From the IMG/VR virus record IMGVR_UViG_3300022745_000021, positions 40,960 to 104,959 of that record: 64,000 nt of DNA; one strand, given 5' to 3'. This document shows, in pieces, positions 27,104 through 35,983 of this stretch; within the stretch, counting starts at the first letter, position 1; every line of letters starts with the position of its first letter. The DNA comes from a virus. Under the pieces are notes generated by a model that saw only the letters and a program-made list of their open reading frames with translations, made no database searches and was not told the DNA's origin. Position numbers and translations under genes: made by a program.

Positions 27104-27349
27104 TCAGCCCGGGCCGTCGCGGGCGTAGACAGTCACGATACGCTCCTTGGAGGGAACAAGGCGGGTGCGGCGCAGGCGTTGCTCTGCCCATTGGCCGGGG
27201 AAGCTCGCCCACTCCCAGACAGCGTTGCCGCACATGCCGATCCCGGCGCAGATCAGCAACCCGGCGGCGGCGATCAGTGACACCGCCCCGCCCAGCGCCC
27301 AGAGCACCAGATGGAGCGGCAGACACAAGGCGCGGACCAGCCCGATCAT
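27104..27349 (-). CDS. small membrane protein
   Basis: Hydrophobic N-terminal half, ATGA overlap. Confidence 0.5.
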   Translation of the reverse strand: MIGLVRALCLPLHLVLWALGGAVSLIAAAGLLICAGIGMCGNAVWEWASFPGQWAEQRLRRTRLVPSKERIVTVYARDGPG

Positions 27350-28086
27350 GCAGGGGCTTCCGCGTTGGTGTCAGGGTGCGCGTCAGGGCGGACATCGGCC
27401 AGCGTGTTGGCCTTGCCGTTGCCCACGGCGGGACGCCATGCCTGACTGTAGGCGTGGTTCTCGATGTCGAGCTTGACGAACACGTTGTCCATCATCAGCC
27501 GCTCGATCTCGTGGCGGTCCGCGCCGATGCCCGCGCAGACTTCCTCGATCGGCACGCCGTGGTCTTCGACCAGCCCCTTGATAAGCGTGTGCATAAGGCT
27601 GGCTTGGTGCGACCCCTTGGCGCGGTTGATGCGCACGGTGAGCATCATGCGCTCGGCGACCGAGAGCTTGAGCACGGCGGCGGGCACCCGGCCCCCCGAC
27701 ATCGCCGCCACGTCCTTGTCGATCTTGGTCATCGTCGAGCGGTGGAAGCCGTCGATGATCTCGTAGTAGGTCGTGGGCGCGCAGTCGCAGGGACCGGCCG
27801 GCGACGCCGGTTCGTTGTGCACCGCGCAGTCGGAGGCGTGCTCCACTTCCTCGCTGACCAGCACCGGCTGTATCCAGCCGTTGGTGAGCAGGCTGTGCTT
27901 GATGAGCTTGAACTCGGGACCGAGCACGTGGTTGGGGTTCCACGAGTTGGAGCGCAGGTCGTCGGTGTGTATCCAGCGGATGTTGTTGATCGGCAGGTCA
28001 TCGAACGCGACGACGTGGATGCCGGCGTCGGCCGGGGTCAGCGCCTCGGCGGCCAGCTTGGGCCGGGCGGTTTTCGTGCTAGTCAC
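27346..28086 (-). CDS. IbrB-like ParB/Srx-domain protein
   Basis: NSWNPNHV..SLLTNGWIQPVLV..YEIIDGFHR..TVRINRAKGSH. Confidence 0.8.
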   Translation of the reverse strand: MTSTKTARPKLAAEALTPADAGIHVVAFDDLPINNIRWIHTDDLRSNSWNPNHVLGPEFKLIKHSLLTNGWIQPVLVSEEVEHASDCAVHNEPASPAGPCDCAPTTYYEIIDGFHRSTMTKIDKDVAAMSGGRVPAAVLKLSVAERMMLTVRINRAKGSHQASLMHTLIKGLVEDHGVPIEEVCAGIGADRHEIERLMMDNVFVKLDIENHAYSQAWRPAVGNGKANTLADVRPDAHPDTNAEAPA

Positions 28087-28639
28087 GCATCTTCTCCTCG
28101 TCACTATCGGGGAAATCATCACCCACAAGTGTCGTGTAGGTGAAACGCCGCTCCATCGTGTGACCCTCACAGAAGTGCACCATGGTGCGGCGGTTATCGA
28201 CGGCGATGCTCTGCCCCGGGGCGAGCAGCACGCGGGTCGCGTAGTCGGGTGCCTGCGCGAGGACATGAGCCAAAGCCTCGTGCGCGCGCTGTGTCAGTGG
28301 CAAGGCGTTGGTGTGGCCCCGGAACAGCGTCTCGCCGGTCTCCGGGCAGGGTTCGGCCATGGCGAACAGCACCTGCCCTTCCCCATGCTCCCGAAAGGTC
28401 ACGAACTGGCGGTAGAACAGCACCTCGACCAGTTCGTCGGGCATGTCGCGCACCAGACTGACAATGTCGATCACGTCGATACTGACGTTGTCGAAAAGGC
28501 CGACGTTGTGCCACGTCACCATGTCGGCAGGCGCCGGGCGGTCAGTATCGCAGGCGAACACCACGCCGGGGGCGGGCTTGAAGAAATCCATGCGGTCGCA
28601 TTGCAACCCGCTGCAACGGGTGACGGTAGCGGTACTCAT
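28079..28639 (-). CDS. TauD/clavaminate-synthase-like dioxygenase-fold protein (degenerate)
   Basis: LAPGQSIAVDNRRTMVH resembles the TauD C-terminal motif; WHN replaces the WHxD ligand motif. Confidence 0.4.
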   Translation of the reverse strand: MSTATVTRCSGLQCDRMDFFKPAPGVVFACDTDRPAPADMVTWHNVGLFDNVSIDVIDIVSLVRDMPDELVEVLFYRQFVTFREHGEGQVLFAMAEPCPETGETLFRGHTNALPLTQRAHEALAHVLAQAPDYATRVLLAPGQSIAVDNRRTMVHFCEGHTMERRFTYTTLVGDDFPDSDEEKMRD

Positions 28640-29805
28640 GGGCGTGGCTCCTCGAAGGCGATCATCGCCCGGGTCGGGTTGTGCTTCTTGGGGATGCCCC
28701 GGCGGTAGTTGCCGTTGACGAGGTTCTGCCAGACCCAAAGCAGCGGCATGTTGTAGCAGGGCGCTGCCCCCTTGCCGCGCAGGCGCTGTCCGTCGCGGCA
28801 GGTGCGGGCCTTGTGGATCGCCTTCATCGCCAGCGCTTGCGCCACCGGGTCGGCGATATTCTCACGCACGTATTGGGTCATGCCGCCCCAGCCGCGCGCG
28901 TAGCGGGCGACGGTGCCTTCGATGTCGATGTCCTGCGCGTACCGCTCGTGGGTCAGCATTTCAGGCCACATCGTGGTGATCTGCGTGAACAGGGTCGGGT
29001 AGCTCTGGCGAAGGCCCTCCAACTTCCCCGACGTTACAAGGTCGAGTGGGGGTGTTCCGGCCCGCAAGGCGCTACCCGAATGCATATTGATGTCGTAGGC
29101 CAGCGTGTAGGGCACGCCCTCCTCGTAGAAGAAGCGGAACACGTCCTTGACCGACCAGTCGTAGATCGGCCGGGCCAAGTCCACGCCCTTCATGCCCTCG
29201 GTGTGCTTGAACACCCAGCACGTCTCGGGCTGGCCCTTCATCAGGACCATGCGGATCATTTCGTTCTCGGTGAAGCGGTGCGAGTTGATAAGCACCGCCC
29301 GGCCCTTGGGCTTCATGCAGGCGACGATCGCGCGGCGCTCATGCTCGCGCACGAACGGTTCGTTCTTCCCCAGCCCCGGCACCGTCAGCACCGCGTGTTC
29401 GGGCGGCAGGCGGCCCCACTTGTCCTTGCGGGTCTTGTCCCACAGGATCACGTTCTTGCGCTCGCCTATGACTACCATCGGCTCGACCTGCGGCGCGGCG
29501 ATCCAGCACCCCTCGAAGCGCGGATCGGCGAAGTAGGTCTCGACGGTGCGGATCACCTCGTCTTCGATGAACTCCATGTCCACGAACGAGAAGCGCACCG
29601 GCCGGGCCGTCATCCCCATCTTGTCGTAGGTGCGGCGCAGAAGCTCCAGCGTGAGACCGCTGTCCTTGCCGCCCGAGTACGTGACGATGATGTCGTCGTA
29701 GCTGCGGACAAGGTACTCCATCCGGGCGTAGGCGGCTTCGAGCACGGTGTAGGGCAGGAACTCGGTCTTGCCCGCGTACGTGACCTGTTCGTAGCTCTCG
29801 CTCAT
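28636..29805 (-). CDS. PAPS-reductase-family (IbrA/DUF3440-like) PP-loop protein
   Basis: VTYSGGKDSG PP-loop; FVDMEF; ARPIYDWSVKDVF; close to the IbrB-like gene. Confidence 0.8.
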   Translation of the reverse strand: MSESYEQVTYAGKTEFLPYTVLEAAYARMEYLVRSYDDIIVTYSGGKDSGLTLELLRRTYDKMGMTARPVRFSFVDMEFIEDEVIRTVETYFADPRFEGCWIAAPQVEPMVVIGERKNVILWDKTRKDKWGRLPPEHAVLTVPGLGKNEPFVREHERRAIVACMKPKGRAVLINSHRFTENEMIRMVLMKGQPETCWVFKHTEGMKGVDLARPIYDWSVKDVFRFFYEEGVPYTLAYDINMHSGSALRAGTPPLDLVTSGKLEGLRQSYPTLFTQITTMWPEMLTHERYAQDIDIEGTVARYARGWGGMTQYVRENIADPVAQALAMKAIHKARTCRDGQRLRGKGAAPCYNMPLLWVWQNLVNGNYRRGIPKKHNPTRAMIAFEEPRP

Positions 29806-30443
29806 TACAGCGCCCCCCCGAACTCGGCCATGAACGCGGTGATGCGCTCGGCCACGGTGATTGCGTCGGGGTAGCGCGCGGCCAGCCAGTCCATGCGGTC
29901 GAGGAACTGGAACAGGCGCGGCTGGTCGGTGAACTGGAGCGTGGTGGTCGGGGACTTGTCGATGGCAAACTTGGCCCCTGCCCCACTGCCCGAACCGCCG
30001 CCGCCTTGCGCGGCGCCTTCCTGTTCCTGCCGGAAGCGCATGAACGCGACGTCGTCCTCGGTGAAGCCAACGGCCTCATACTGCGCACGGTCGAGCGCGA
30101 TGCGGTCGAACTCGTTCAGCACCTCGCGCTCGTCCATCGGGGACAGCTGCTGGATGCGGTTGTGCGCGATGGCGTAGGCGCGGCGCTTCTCGGCGCTCTC
30201 GAACTTGATCGGCAGCACCGGCACCTGCGCGATGCCCATGCGCTTGGCCGCGTAGAGCCGCCCGTGGCCTTCAATGACGATCAGCGTGTCGGCGCAAACC
30301 CCGATCGGGTCGTTGAACCCGAAGTCGCGGATCGACGCCTCGATCTGGCGCAGCTGCTCGTCGGAGTGGGTGTTGACGTTGCCCTCGTCGGGGATAAGCG
30401 TGGCGACGTCCGCAAGGACGATGGTGCCGGGGGTCAGTGCCAT
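29805..30443 (-). CDS. ParB N-terminal-domain protein
   Basis: NVNTHSDEQ..IEASIRDFGFNDPI..IEGHGRL..AHNRI. Confidence 0.85.
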   Translation of the reverse strand: MALTPGTIVLADVATLIPDEGNVNTHSDEQLRQIEASIRDFGFNDPIGVCADTLIVIEGHGRLYAAKRMGIAQVPVLPIKFESAEKRRAYAIAHNRIQQLSPMDEREVLNEFDRIALDRAQYEAVGFTEDDVAFMRFRQEQEGAAQGGGGSGSGAGAKFAIDKSPTTTLQFTDQPRLFQFLDRMDWLAARYPDAITVAERITAFMAEFGGAL

Positions 30444-31138
30444 GACAGGTTCTCCACGTTCTCGGCGCTCGCCGGGTTGGCGCGAAGGCCGGTGGGCGTG
30501 AGGTTGCCGGCGACGGCGTCGGCCAGCACCGCCTCAAAGGTATCCCCGGACCCCTCGCCGTAGGTCGCCTGCGCCTTGACCATGAACGCCTTGAAGCGGT
30601 CGCGCTCGGCCTCGGTCGCCCAGACGATCTCGAACTCGGCGGGGGCGGCGTTGGTGTGGCGGGTCTCGGTGGTGGTGCCGTTGGTCGGCACCGGGGCATC
30701 GACCATCTGGAACAGCGTCGCGGCCGATGCGCTGTCGAAGCCCATGTCGGCGAAGTTGGCGTGGGCACCCTCGACGATCTCGCGCAGCTGCGCGGCGAGC
30801 GCGGCGAAGTCGAACGTCGAGTTGAGCGCGATCTTGTTGTGGGCGATGCGGTACAGGTCGATCATGTCCTGCGTCAGGTCGGCAGACAGCACGATCACCG
30901 GCACCGTGTCCATGCCCAGCTGCATCGCGGCCATCAGGCGGCCATGCCCCTCGACGATCACCCCGTCCTCGGTGATGCCGATCGGATCGTTGAACCCGAA
31001 CGCGGTGATCGACGCCTTGATCGCCTCGATCTGGCTTTGCGGGTGGGTCTTGCTGTTGTGCGCATAGGCCCGAAGCTCGCTGACAGCGCGGGTGTCTTGG
31101 CGAATGCGCAGAACGGGTGTGGGGCTGGCTTTGCTCAC
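30434..31138 (-). CDS. ParB N-terminal-domain protein (paralog)
   Basis: NSKTHPQSQ..IKASITAFGFNDPI..VEGHGRL..AHNKI. Confidence 0.85.
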   Translation of the reverse strand: MSKASPTPVLRIRQDTRAVSELRAYAHNSKTHPQSQIEAIKASITAFGFNDPIGITEDGVIVEGHGRLMAAMQLGMDTVPVIVLSADLTQDMIDLYRIAHNKIALNSTFDFAALAAQLREIVEGAHANFADMGFDSASAATLFQMVDAPVPTNGTTTETRHTNAAPAEFEIVWATEAERDRFKAFMVKAQATYGEGSGDTFEAVLADAVAGNLTPTGLRANPASAENVENLSWH

Positions 31139-31187
31139 AGGGCGGGTTCCTTCGTTATTTGCTACCTACATATGTTGCCTGCACGCG

Positions 31188-32006
31188 TCAACCGGCTTGC
31201 GGCGAATTGCGCGCCGGGTTGCGTTCCGGGGTGCGCGCCGAGTTGCCAAGGAAGGCGGGCACGTGGGCTTCGGTGTAGGTTTTCCAGCCCTTGACCCAGC
31301 GCGCCGTCAGCGCCGAGCGGACGATGTCGCGCTCCGTCAGGCGGACCACGGCGACGTCTTCCATGCGCGCGGCGTTGGCGATGGCGATCACCGCTTGCAG
31401 CCCGTTGCAAAGTTCGAGGTCGGTCTGCTCGATGTCGCCGTCGATCACGACCTTGGTGTTCTCGCCGATGCGGGTGGTGAACAGCTTCATCTGTTCGACC
31501 GTGGTGTTCTGCGCCTCGTCGAGGATCACGAACGCGTCCTCGAACGTCAGGCCGCGCATGTAGGTGAACGGCTCGACCCGCAGCGTCTTGGCGCCGATCA
31601 TCGCCTTGATCGCGGCGTCCCCCAGCCGCTTGCGCAGCACCGCGACGATCGGTTCGGCCCACGGCGCGAGCTTCTGGTCGATGTTGCCGGGCAGGAAGCC
31701 GTGCTTCTCGCCGCCCGCTTCGACCGCCGGGCGTACGAGGATGATCTGCTTGATCTGGCCCGCCTTGAACATTTGCGCGGCGAGGCTGGCGGCAAGGAAC
31801 GTCTTGCCAGTGCCCGCCGGTCCCAAGGCGATCGTCATGGTGTTGGTCTTGAGGCTGGCGAGGTAGCGTTCCTGTCCGGGGGTCTTGGGTTTGACGGGGG
31901 CTTGGGTGGTCTGGAAGGTCTCGGCTTGGGTCTCCTGCCGGGCGCGGCGCTTCTCGGCTTTAGTCGGCCGGGCGCTCTGACGTGGGGTCGGACGGGGAGC
32001 ATTCAT
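31188..32006 (-). CDS. phoH: PhoH-family ATPase
   Basis: GPAGTGKTFLA, GFLPG, YMRGLTF, ILDEAQN, IVRS motifs. Confidence 0.95.
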   Translation of the reverse strand: MNAPRPTPRQSARPTKAEKRRARQETQAETFQTTQAPVKPKTPGQERYLASLKTNTMTIALGPAGTGKTFLAASLAAQMFKAGQIKQIILVRPAVEAGGEKHGFLPGNIDQKLAPWAEPIVAVLRKRLGDAAIKAMIGAKTLRVEPFTYMRGLTFEDAFVILDEAQNTTVEQMKLFTTRIGENTKVVIDGDIEQTDLELCNGLQAVIAIANAARMEDVAVVRLTERDIVRSALTARWVKGWKTYTEAHVPAFLGNSARTPERNPARNSPQAG

Positions 32007-32400
32007 CGTCGTGTCCTTTCAGGGAGGCGCGCTGCTCTGCCGTCGTCTTGCGAACGTGACAGGGGATGCACAAAATCTGGATGTTTTCCGGTAGCCAGTA
32101 CCGGATGTCGCGCGGCGCATCGCGCAGGCGGCGCACGTGATCGACGTGCCACGCATCGTCGAGACGGTCGGCCTTCTTGCCGCACGACGCGCACTTCCCC
32201 TTGTCCCGGCGGAACAGGAAAATGCGCGCACACTTGGGATCGGATGCGACCAGATAGAGGTCGAGGCAGCGCGCGTGCCAGCGGCGCGGGCGGCCATTCT
32301 TGCCGGGGATAGTCGGTTCGCCGCACATACGACACAGGCCAGCCGGCGCGTTGCCAAACGGCAATTCAGGCGGTCGGCGGTGGTCGGTCGTGTCGGCCAT
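31960..32400 (-). CDS. HNH endonuclease
   Basis: RDKGKCASCG..WHVDHV..NIQILCIPCH..KT. Confidence 0.8.
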   Translation of the reverse strand: MADTTDHRRPPELPFGNAPAGLCRMCGEPTIPGKNGRPRRWHARCLDLYLVASDPKCARIFLFRRDKGKCASCGKKADRLDDAWHVDHVRRLRDAPRDIRYWLPENIQILCIPCHVRKTTAEQRASLKGHDDECSPSDPTSERPAD

Positions 32401-32455
32401 CGGTCCCTCCGGGGTCACCCCCTAGATAGGGATCGTCCCCCTAGACGTGTAGGGG

Positions 32456-33634
32456 TCAGTCAAGCATTTCGGGTGTGATCGTATGCGAGCCGAACTCGCC
32501 GTAGGCACGGTGGTAGATCACCGTGTCGATCCGGCGTTCGCTCCACCAGCCGCCGCGTGCCGCGTGGGCATCGCGCGCCGCCATGGTCGGGTGCTGGCGC
32601 AGTTCGCAGCCGGGGTAGTCCTTGATCTCGCGGTGGTGGCGGTGGCCGGTGTGGATGTAGACCTTGGCGCAGCGCCCCCATGCTTCGCGGAACTGCGCGG
32701 CGAACAGCGCGGGCAGGCTCTCGTTCTTGCGCAAGTGGCCGTGGTGGAAGCCCAGCAGCGTGTTGCCCCACTCGATCGCGTAGAACGGCAGGTCGCTATC
32801 GTGGACGGTGACGCGCGGCTCGTTCTCGTAGAGGCAGGCGAACAGCTTGCGGAGCCACAGCGACGAGACGATGTCGTGGTTGCCCTCGGCGATCAGCAGG
32901 ATGACGTGGCGGTGCTTGGTCAGCGCCTGCGCGACGAGGCCCCGGATCAGGCGGATGGCGATCTCGACGACCTTGCCGAAGCGGCTGTCGGCATCGAGCA
33001 CGTGCCCGTGGGTCGGGGTGATGGCGGCGAGGCCATCGTAGTGCATGAAGTCGCCTTGGATGTTGACGAGGCCGGTGTCGGCCGCCGGGCTGCCCGCCAC
33101 CATCGCGGCCATGGCCTTGCGGGCGGTGTCCTCGGCGATGCCGGTGTCCCAGTCGGCCCCGCCTTCGCGGTGCCACGCCATCATGCCCAGATGGTAGTCG
33201 GTGAAGGTGTAGAGCGCCAGCAGGTCCTTCTTGACCTTGGCGCTGAACGGCACCGGCGCAGCGTGCTTGATCTGCTCGGACATCGCCGCGACCGCGTGTT
33301 CGAGCGCGCGCAGCACGTGCGCCGCGTCGGGGTTCTGGCGCTCCCATGTACGCTCGACGACGCCGTCCCGGTCCCGCGCCACGGTGACCTTGCCCATGGC
33401 GTAGCCCGGGGCGACGCCGTGGTTGAAGTGGCCGGGCGCGAAGCCCGACAAGGACGCCTTGGTCTTGAGCGCGCGGAGCGAGCGGGCGACCACGTCGTTG
33501 GACAAGCCCAGCGCGGCGTTGGCGGCGGTGGCATTGCCGTGCTTGGCGATGGCGTCGAGAAATTCGCGCTGCCGGGGCGAGGCGAGATCGTACAAGCGTT
33601 GCTGGTACTCGGCGGATTGGTCGATGTCGGCCAT
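32456..33634 (-). CDS. calcineurin-like metallophosphoesterase with N-terminal HTH
   Basis: TDYHLG, GDFMH, EGNHD, HHGH, TGHRHH motifs. Confidence 0.8.
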   Translation of the reverse strand: MADIDQSAEYQQRLYDLASPRQREFLDAIAKHGNATAANAALGLSNDVVARSLRALKTKASLSGFAPGHFNHGVAPGYAMGKVTVARDRDGVVERTWERQNPDAAHVLRALEHAVAAMSEQIKHAAPVPFSAKVKKDLLALYTFTDYHLGMMAWHREGGADWDTGIAEDTARKAMAAMVAGSPAADTGLVNIQGDFMHYDGLAAITPTHGHVLDADSRFGKVVEIAIRLIRGLVAQALTKHRHVILLIAEGNHDIVSSLWLRKLFACLYENEPRVTVHDSDLPFYAIEWGNTLLGFHHGHLRKNESLPALFAAQFREAWGRCAKVYIHTGHRHHREIKDYPGCELRQHPTMAARDAHAARGGWWSERRIDTVIYHRAYGEFGSHTITPEMLD

Positions 33635-33713
33635 AAGTCCCTCCGGGGGTTGCACCCGGTAGATAGGGACTTATGGCTACATGTGTAGGGTTGGTGTCAA
33701 CTACGCCCCGCAA

Positions 33714-34106
33714 CTACGCCTTGTCGGCGCGGTCCTGCGCGGCCTTGTCCGAGTAGACCAACCCGGCGTAGCGCTTGGCGAGCTTGGCCTTGTTGGCACC
33801 GAGCGTAGTCTCGCGGCTGATGCCGAGCGCGGTGCGGATGCCCTGCATGAAGAACTCCAGATCGCCCAGTTCCTCGATCACGTTCGTCATGTCGAGCGGC
33901 TTCTGGTAGACGACGTGCGCCTTGATCGCGTCGAGCAATTCGCCCGCCTCGCCGGCAACGCCCGTCCCCATGTGCCACAGGTTGGCCTGTTCCGCCGTCA
34001 GGGCGGCGCGCACGTCCTCGCCGGGCTTGTTCAGCGTTGCGACAAATTCATGGTAGGGCAGGCTCGCGAGCTTGGCGTCGGTGATGTCAGGATTGGTGTC
34101 GGACAT
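33714..34106 (-). CDS. MazG-like nucleotide pyrophosphohydrolase
   Basis: GVAGEAGELLDAIK..EELGDL..NKAKLAKRY. Confidence 0.85.
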   Translation of the reverse strand: MSDTNPDITDAKLASLPYHEFVATLNKPGEDVRAALTAEQANLWHMGTGVAGEAGELLDAIKAHVVYQKPLDMTNVIEELGDLEFFMQGIRTALGISRETTLGANKAKLAKRYAGLVYSDKAAQDRADKA

Positions 34107-34132
34107 GGGGTAGGCTCTCCGGTTGGTTGGGG

Positions 34133-35980
34133 TTACTGGCAGGCTTCGCAGGTTTCGTACTTGGCATCGCCCTCGGGGACGAACACCGACGGCTTGTCGA
34201 GGGTGTTGTCGGCGTCCACCGCGCCCGCGATTGCAGCGCGTTGCACCGACTTCGAGCGCAGGTAGTACAGGCTCTTGCTCCCGCCTTCCCACGCCAAGAA
34301 GTGCAGCAGGAACATTTCCCACTTGTCCACGTCGCCGGGCACGAACAGGTTCACGCTCTGCGCCTGCGAGATATACTCGGCGCGCGCATTCGACATGCGC
34401 ACCAGCGCGAACTGGTCGATCTCGAAGCTGGTCTTGAACACGTCCTTCTCGTCGGCAGCTAGAAATTCCAGATGCTGCACCGAGCCGCCGTGTTCGAGGA
34501 TCGAGGTCCACGTCGCCTCGTTGTCGGCGCCGTAGCGCGCCAGCGTCTCGGCAAGGTAGGGGTTCTTGACGACGAAGCTGCCCGACAGCGTCTTGTGCGT
34601 GTAGACGTTGGCGGGGATCGGCTCGACGCCCGCGCTGGTCCCCCCGGCGATGATCGAAATGCTCGCGGTCGGGGCGATCGCCATGGTGTTGGAGAAGTAT
34701 TCGGCCTCCTCCATCGGGAACGCCTCGGGGTCGAGGTCATGCGCGTCCTGCCAGTCGGCGCACGGGCCGCGCTGCGCGGCGAGCTTGCGGCTGGCCTTGG
34801 TCGCCTCGGCGTTGATGTGAGCGAAGATCACCTCGTTCCACTGGTCGGCGGACGAGCTATCGAACGGCACCAGCAGGCTCTGGAGCAGCGAGTGCAGCCC
34901 CATCACCCCCAGCCCCACCGAACGCTCGTTGAGCGCGGCATAGACCGCCCGCGACATCCCCGCCGGGGCCTTGTCGGCAAAGTCGGTGAGCACGTTGGCG
35001 AGGAAGCGCATGACGTCTTCGATGAAGCGCTCGTCGCGGCCCCACTCGAAGAACTTCTCGGCGTTGAGCGAGGACAGGCAGCACACGGCGGTGCGGTCGA
35101 TGCCGTGGTGGTCGGGGCCGGTCGGTAGGGTGATTTCCGAGCACAGGTTGCTCGTCGTCACCATGAGGCCCAGTCGCTTGTGGTGCTTGGGGATCGCCCG
35201 GTTCACCGTGTCGGAGAACACGATGTAGGGTTCGCCGGTGGCAAGCCGCGTGTCGATGATCTTCTCGAACAGCGTGCGCGCGTGCACGGTCTTGCGCACC
35301 GAGCCATCCTTGGGGGAGCGCAGGTCCCACGTGGTGTCGGCGCGCACCGCCTCCATGAACGCGTCGGGGATCAGCACGCCGTGGTGCAGGTTCAGGCTCT
35401 TGCGGTTGAAGTCGCCCGACGGCTTGCGGATTTCGAGGAACTCCTCGATCTCGGGATGGGCGACGTCGAGGTAGACCGCCGCCGAGCCGCGCCGCAGGCT
35501 GCCTTGGCTGATCGCCAGCGTCAGGCTGTCCATGACGCGCACGAACGGGATGATGCCCGACGTCTTGCCATTGAGGCCCACCGGCTCGCCGATGCCGCGC
35601 ACCTTGCCCCAGTAGGTGCCGATGCCGCCGCCGTTCGAGGACAGCTTGAGGTTTTCCGAGTAGATCGCGTCGATACCGTCGAGACTGTCGGGCACCTGAT
35701 TGAGGTAGCACGAAATGGGAAGGCCCCTGCCCGTTCCGCCGTTGGACAGCACCGGCGTCGCCGGCATGAACCACAGCTGCGAAATGTAATCGTACAGCCG
35801 CTGCGCGTGCGGGCCGTCATCGGCGAACGCGCAGGCAACCCGGGCGAACATCATCTGGTAGTTCTCGCCGGGCAGCAGGTAGCGATCGTCGAGCGTCGCC
35901 TTGCCGAAGTCGGTGAGGAGCGCGTCGCGGTCGCGGTCGATGGCGATGGCGAAACGGGGTCCGAAATAGGTTTCCAACAT
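34133..35980 (-). CDS. nrdA: ribonucleotide reductase class Ia alpha subunit
   Basis: PATPVLSN, PISCYL, SNLCSEI, AIAPTAS, LYYLRS, C-terminal CEACQ. Confidence 0.97.
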   Translation of the reverse strand: MLETYFGPRFAIAIDRDRDALLTDFGKATLDDRYLLPGENYQMMFARVACAFADDGPHAQRLYDYISQLWFMPATPVLSNGGTGRGLPISCYLNQVPDSLDGIDAIYSENLKLSSNGGGIGTYWGKVRGIGEPVGLNGKTSGIIPFVRVMDSLTLAISQGSLRRGSAAVYLDVAHPEIEEFLEIRKPSGDFNRKSLNLHHGVLIPDAFMEAVRADTTWDLRSPKDGSVRKTVHARTLFEKIIDTRLATGEPYIVFSDTVNRAIPKHHKRLGLMVTTSNLCSEITLPTGPDHHGIDRTAVCCLSSLNAEKFFEWGRDERFIEDVMRFLANVLTDFADKAPAGMSRAVYAALNERSVGLGVMGLHSLLQSLLVPFDSSSADQWNEVIFAHINAEATKASRKLAAQRGPCADWQDAHDLDPEAFPMEEAEYFSNTMAIAPTASISIIAGGTSAGVEPIPANVYTHKTLSGSFVVKNPYLAETLARYGADNEATWTSILEHGGSVQHLEFLAADEKDVFKTSFEIDQFALVRMSNARAEYISQAQSVNLFVPGDVDKWEMFLLHFLAWEGGSKSLYYLRSKSVQRAAIAGAVDADNTLDKPSVFVPEGDAKYETCEACQ

Positions 35981-35983
35981 GTG

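Noticed and set aside
27346-31138. ParABS partition system with the palindromes as canonical parS
   Set aside because: There is no ParA in the window, the two ParB-N paralogs show no clear HTH, and the palindromes do not match TGTTTCACGTGAAACA beyond a CACGTG core. Kept only as a hypothesis.
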